Below, in pieces: positions 59,000 to 64,000 of a DNA stretch of 64,000 nucleotides. The stretch lies in contig JAYWIR010000001.1 of assembly GCA_036172245.1 (NCBI GenBank), positions 9,548,001 through 9,612,000 of the forward strand, written 5' to 3'. Positions within the stretch are counted from its first letter, which is position 1. The number at the start of each line of letters is the position of its first letter. The notes under the pieces are model-generated. The model did not search any database, was not told the DNA's origin, and worked only from the letters and a program-made list of their open reading frames with translations. This DNA is from Raillietiella orientalis. Taxonomy: Eukaryota. The position numbers and the translations under genes are program-made.

Positions 59000-61600
59000 T
59001 GGTGGAGAGATAGGAAATGAAGGGAGGAATCGGGAAGACGGGAGGTAGAGATGGTCCTCCAGGAAAACTGGATCTGTTCTGGCGGGAAGCGGAAGGAAGA
59101 CTGCGTTCTCCTCTTCTGGCGAGAGGCATCTGCCGCATCGCTGGTGCACTGACGACTAACGTCTCGGGACTCTTCCTACGCCTACCTCTAGCTGCCGTAA
59201 CCAGGCTGGACATCCAGGCTGGATCAGTGAAATGATTCTTCCTAGAAGCCTTTTGGGATCGCGGACATCTTTCCACTGTCCACATCCCTCCCGGGAAAGT
59301 CAGGAGGAAGCCCAGCTTAATCCAAACGTTCGGCACCTTGCTATCCCTGAAGCGGCTACGAAGAACTGACTGGTAGTCCACAGGTTCATCTCCACCCAAC
59401 AGGCAGTCATTGTCATCGCCTCCAACCATGCCATCCGTTCCTACAGTCAGGAAACGACGTTCAGGGCCCACGACGTTCTTGTTGTCAGGAGTAACTTTGC
59501 AGGACTTTGCGTCCTATTCGGCAGCCTCCCGCTTTCGGATTCTTTGTCTGCGTCCTGGAGTCAGTCGAGGCCGTTTCCCCTCCCCCTTCCCCTTCCCAGT
59601 TTCCGTGCCCTACGACCTTGGAACTGGTGCTGTGGTTCGCTTGCAGGTCGCCGATCTGAACGAGTCTCTATCTGTGCTTTGCAGAGCTGCTGAAGAGAAG
59701 GGGGGCTCCTCGTGGCTCGAAGCTGATGACCTGATTTCCGTGCCCCTCCTTCCCCGGACTGGGAAGTCCTCTTCTTTCGACTCCGGAGAAGAACGCCGCC
59801 TCTCCCTCTCCGCCGTTTCAGAGGAAAGAAGGGCTTCTTTTTTCTCCAGGTCCGTTTTCAGGAAGGCAGCATCCTCGCACGCGCGAGGAAGGCGCGGCCG
59901 TCTTCCGGGAGGAAACACCCGGAGGCTGCTTTTTCCATCACAGATGCTCTGCACTCGCATCTTCCTCCTTGGACCGCCCGAGAACCTTCCACAGGCTGGC
60001 AAGCAGTCTGCACTCCAGAGTACCATCTGTCCGGGGCCGGAGGAAGAAGAGGAACCTTCTGGCAGGGAGACCAGCCTTGGCCCTTCCTTCCGCCGGCGGT
60101 AGTGCGGGGAAGGGTGGAGTCCACCGCTGCTGGATGCCCTCTGGCCTGATCTTCTGTAAGGAGGGAGGAGGGCGCCTCTGGACCGCGCTTCTTTGCCCCG
60201 AGTCTCCCAGTCCCCTCCGTTCACTCTGACCTCCGTAATTCACCTAAGGCGATAGGGCCGCCACGCCGAGGGGCTCAAGGGCGAGTCAGCAGGACTAGTG
60301 GGAAGAGGCGAAAGGAAAGCAGGGCGACACCCGCTCCCTCTTTCTCGTCCCTCCCCCTCCTCTGCAGCGAGAGTCGGGAGGAGCGCCGACCCATCATGGA
60401 CTGCCTCCCGATCCACCCGCCGGACCGCGCGAAGGGGTCTCCGGTCAGCGACCCTGACGGTAGGGAGGATGCCGCTGCCTTGAGGTGCAGCGTTCTCGCT
60501 CGGTGGAGCGAGAAGGAAACGGGGAAGAAAGGGAGGAGGAGGAAGGATGCAGGAGACGACGGGAGGAAAGGGAAAAGTGGTGGATGAATCGCCCGCATGG
60601 GAAGACGACGGCGCGCGCTGCCATGGAAACAGCGCCGTCGCTTTCCTTCCTCTGGAGCTCCCCTTCGTCCCCAGCGGTGTCGCCCTCGAGACCAACGGTA
60701 AGTTCGGATCCCCCGGGGAGCGTCTCGGAGTGATCATCAAAGAGAGGGAGTGACCAGGAGCGCCGCCCCGCCGGTGTTCCTTCTCGAGAAGGCATCTAAG
60801 ATGGAATGTCGGCCCCTGAACCCTCCCATCCACCCCAAATTCGCCTCCGGGGACCTCTGGAATGCGCTCCTTTCCCGGCACGAGAAGAGGCAGACGTCCA
60901 CTCCGAAAGTCCCGGTAGCGTCCGGGAGAGTGGCGGTTTCCAAGCGTCAAGCCCCGGGGACGCTTCAGAGCGCCCCTTTGCGAGGGGACGCATGGCAGCC
61001 AGCCGTGCAACCCCAGCAGCTGCCTCTCCGCTGCCTCTGTGAAGGAGAGGAGGGTAAACAAGGGGACGGTATAAGGGGGCCAGCGCTTGCCCCGTCCTCC
61101 CCTTGTCGAAGATGGCAGCGAAGCGGCGTGCAGCAGGACCTTTCCGGTGCCTGCAAGGGCAAGGATGCAGGAGCGCTCCCCAGGAGGACGCGACCCTTCA
61201 TCCCAGGAACCTCCCAGGAATTTTGGCATTATTCAGCTTGGCATTTTCTGCTCGCCCTCCTTCCCTCTGCAGTCTCACCGGTCTTTCAGCAGGGCACCCC
61301 GGGTCTCACCCCTTCTTCTACGAGGAAAGTTTCTTTTCTATTAACAAATGCCCGGGGTTCCTCCTAGTAAAGACCGCCGCTCTCAGTCCCTGCAGCATAG
61401 AGTTTTCCAGGACGACCTCTGCCTCGCCTGGAAATCTCGAGATCTCAGTCCCCGCCTCTGGACTGCGTCCTTTGCCTCGAGTTTCCCGGTCCCCGCCGTC
61501 CACTCTGACCTCCGTAATCCGCCTAAGGCGAGAAGGCCACCTCGCTGAGGGATTCGGACGCCGAGCGCCCCTGAAGGTCCTTCGCCAGGGGAAAATGCCA
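59000..61600 (-). mobile_element. Probable Tx1-like ORF1/endonuclease remnants, with a ~100 bp direct repeat (60172-60272 / 61453-61552)
   Basis: The direct repeat cactctgacctccgtaat.c.cctaaggcga is seen directly. Translations WYSGVQTAC..CG, NKNVVG and TLVVSAP are only weakly diagnostic. Confidence 0.4.
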
Positions 61601-62363
61601 CCCTCCGATGCTCGAGCTGCTGCTCCACAGGCAGCCTCGTTTCCAGGAAGATCATGGCGTCCACGACTCGCCCGCCCCTTTCGTTCCAAAGTCGACCGCT
61701 GGTGCCTCCCTCCGGGATCAGTGGGAGCGGAAGTCCTCTGGAGAACCTCTGGATCGGGATGCGCTCTTGCGGGTCATCCAGGGTCGCCGCAGCGCCCTGT
61801 TTTTTCTTCCTCCCTGCCATCCGTGGGAGGCTTCCCGCCTGCCTCCGGGGCCTACTGGTAGTCAGCAGTTCGTCTCTCCCCCGGAGGGAGTAGCCGTAGA
61901 AATGGGCGGATGGGAGACGAGGGCGAGGAGGAACAGAAAGAAATCCCGGGTCCCCGAGAGAGGAAGGCCTCTCTCTCTCCCTTTTTACCCGAGCTCGAGC
62001 TCCCCCAACGCCCCCAGAGGTGACCAGTTTTCCCCTTGGCACCCCTCCCGCCCATCTCTTTCCCTATTTGTCTTTTTTTCCCGTGAAGTTGCCCGCTGCG
62101 TTTCTTGCTCCACAGTTTCTTACAGGGCACCCAGCAGTTCATTCCTGCGGGAAGACAGCCAATGCGACTCTCTGATTCTCCTTCTTCCGTGTATTTGCCT
62201 GCTTTTCCCTTCCATTCCCTCCTGATCGGAAAGCTTCGCGGAACGATCTCGCGGACGTCGTCCGTCGGTCGTCGAGGCGAAGCGGCATCGGCGAGAGAGG
62301 AGGAAAGGAGGAGGAAGAAGGGGGGAGGAGGAGGAGATGAGGGGGGGAGCACCCTGAAAAGGG

Positions 62364-63491
62364 CTACTTGGGTTTCAGGAATTCCGGCAGCGCTTCCATC
62401 AGGGACTGAAGAGCGGAGTCCTCCGTCACCCTGGGGTTGATGAGGGCCTCCGTCTTCAAACGCGAGGGACCCTCCGAGGGCAGGTGATGGTGGTGTTGGC
62501 GGGCGGGGGCGATCGGGGGGAACCAGGGCACGTTCGGAATAAAGCCGGCCGTCCCCGGAGGAGCGAACGGGGCAGTTAAGTTCCATGCTTCCGCGGGCAT
62601 GGGTGCCTCGCCGATACCCCCGCCCGCTGAGGTCGCTGCGGTCAGCTGGTCGTAGCCGTCCTCCCATTCATCCCAGCCGTTCTTCAGCTTCAGCAGGAAG
62701 TTTTTCATGACGTTGTCGTAGACGCCCTTGGCCAGGAAGGCGAGGATCGGGAGAGTGACGTAGAAGTTGGGGTTCATCTTGATCCCCTTGAGGACGTCCA
62801 GGAGGGTCACCTGCCCCTGGGGTGTCAGCAGGCAGTAGGAGCACGTCTGGACCTGGCTGCCCGGCGTCTCTACGGAGACGTTCTTCCGGAAGACCTTGCT
62901 CCGGATCCTGTCCAGCACGTCGGCTGGGCCCACCAGCTTGATCATGTGGGAGAACTTGGTCACGTTGAAGAAGTCAGCTCCGGCGGCGGCCGCTGAGAAC
63001 TTGTCCGTCAGGACCTTGAACGGAATCCCTGGAGCGCCGGCGGGCGCATTCCCGACCACAGGAAGTCCCGTCAGCACGGAGAGCAGCTCCTTCAGGAGTC
63101 GGCTGTCCTTGGGGTGGTCCTCTGGTCCCCATTCGTGGGGTGGAGGGTGCGGAGACTCGAGGGGAGGGGCGGACGGTGGCGGGCGATGGTCGAGGGCGCT
63201 CTGCTTCCTCAGCTCGTGCAGCAGCCGCTTCTTCTGCGAGGCGCTCATTAGCCGCAGGTCCAACCGGGCCTTCTCCGGGCCGCCCCCGCGATCCGTAGCG
63301 CCATCAACCGCGGGCCAGCGAGCGGGTTCGATCGGGGATCCACTGCCGGCGCCGGACGCGGGTGTCCTAACAGGAGCACGCTGCTCCCTTGGCAACGACC
63401 CGAGGAGAGGCATCCAGAAGAACACGAGGGCGAGAGGTTTCGATGGCATCTCCGTGGGCGTGGTAGAGAGGGCTTGGGCGCTCACTATCAT
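62364..63491 (-). CDS. Orphan probably secreted protein, ~375 aa (or 361 aa from MPSKPL at 63449), single coding exon
   Basis: Long stop-free frame with strong GC3 bias. Upstream intron 63626-63498 (GTGAGG...CCTTCCAG) ends 6 nt before the ATG. Hydrophobic LALVFFWMPLL near the N-terminus, N-glycosylation sequons NVT/NVS/NLT, a CSYC motif and Pro/His-rich linkers. Confidence 0.8.
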   Translation of the reverse strand: MIVSAQALSTTPTEMPSKPLALVFFWMPLLGSLPREQRAPVRTPASGAGSGSPIEPARWPAVDGATDRGGGPEKARLDLRLMSASQKKRLLHELRKQSALDHRPPPSAPPLESPHPPPHEWGPEDHPKDSRLLKELLSVLTGLPVVGNAPAGAPGIPFKVLTDKFSAAAAGADFFNVTKFSHMIKLVGPADVLDRIRSKVFRKNVSVETPGSQVQTCSYCLLTPQGQVTLLDVLKGIKMNPNFYVTLPILAFLAKGVYDNVMKNFLLKLKNGWDEWEDGYDQLTAATSAGGGIGEAPMPAEAWNLTAPFAPPGTAGFIPNVPWFPPIAPARQHHHHLPSEGPSRLKTEALINPRVTEDSALQSLMEALPEFLKPK

Positions 63492-64000
63492 CCCAACCTG
63501 GAAGGAGGGAAGGGTTGGGAAGAAAGGAAACAGCACTCCTCCCTCCCTTCCTTCCCTCCCGTCCGCGTTCTTGCTGAGGCAGGGGGGAGGAGGAATGAGG
63601 GAGGGGAGGAAGAAGCACACCCTCACTTGCCCCTGGGTGTGGCGCCACCGCGCCTGCCGCGAGTCGGAAGGAGCTCCTGTTTCCGCGTCCCGCGGAACCG
63701 ATCCTCGTTCCCTGGAGGCGGCGGAACGAGGAGTCCGGGAACCCACCGCTGGGAGGCAGCAGGCGCGTGCAGATAGTCTACCACCTGGACTCGTCCTGGT
63801 GGTCCAGCGGAGCTGCGATCGTGCCCGAGCGCGCACACGCCATGGCGGTCGATCACGTGAACCGCCTCCCGGAAATCGACGACCCGCGGGACGGCTATCC
63901 TTTCGGGGAGAAGGGGGAGCAGCGATCGATCGATCGATCAGAGCGAAGCTGTCGGACGACGCGAAGGCCTACGAATTCCCCTGCCCTTCCTCTCCCACCT

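Overview
This is GC-rich eukaryotic, probably animal, genomic DNA with very short introns; the species cannot be determined from the sequence. It holds two convergent, intron-rich ABCC4/MRP4-like transporter paralogs. One is on + at 3994-11600 with its first exons not found. The other is on - at 32142-19063 and is complete. There are also two orphan genes with a single coding exon and a probable signal peptide (-, 34097-33459 and 63491-62364). They share a CxxC-plus-helix pattern and the same acceptor-then-ATG layout, and a decayed tandem relative of the first is present in two identical copies. Two near-identical ~1 kb segmental duplications link 11-18 kb with 34-40 kb. Most of the rest is transposon debris: about 8 copies of a ~700 bp tRNA-derived SINE, Tx1/L1-like LINE remnants with a conserved 3' hairpin (one inserted into the SINE with an apparent target-site duplication), Ty3/gypsy pol remnants, other LINE fragments, and an AT-rich foldback MITE with a 9-bp TSD. 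All calls come from manual reading and translation; no database search was run.
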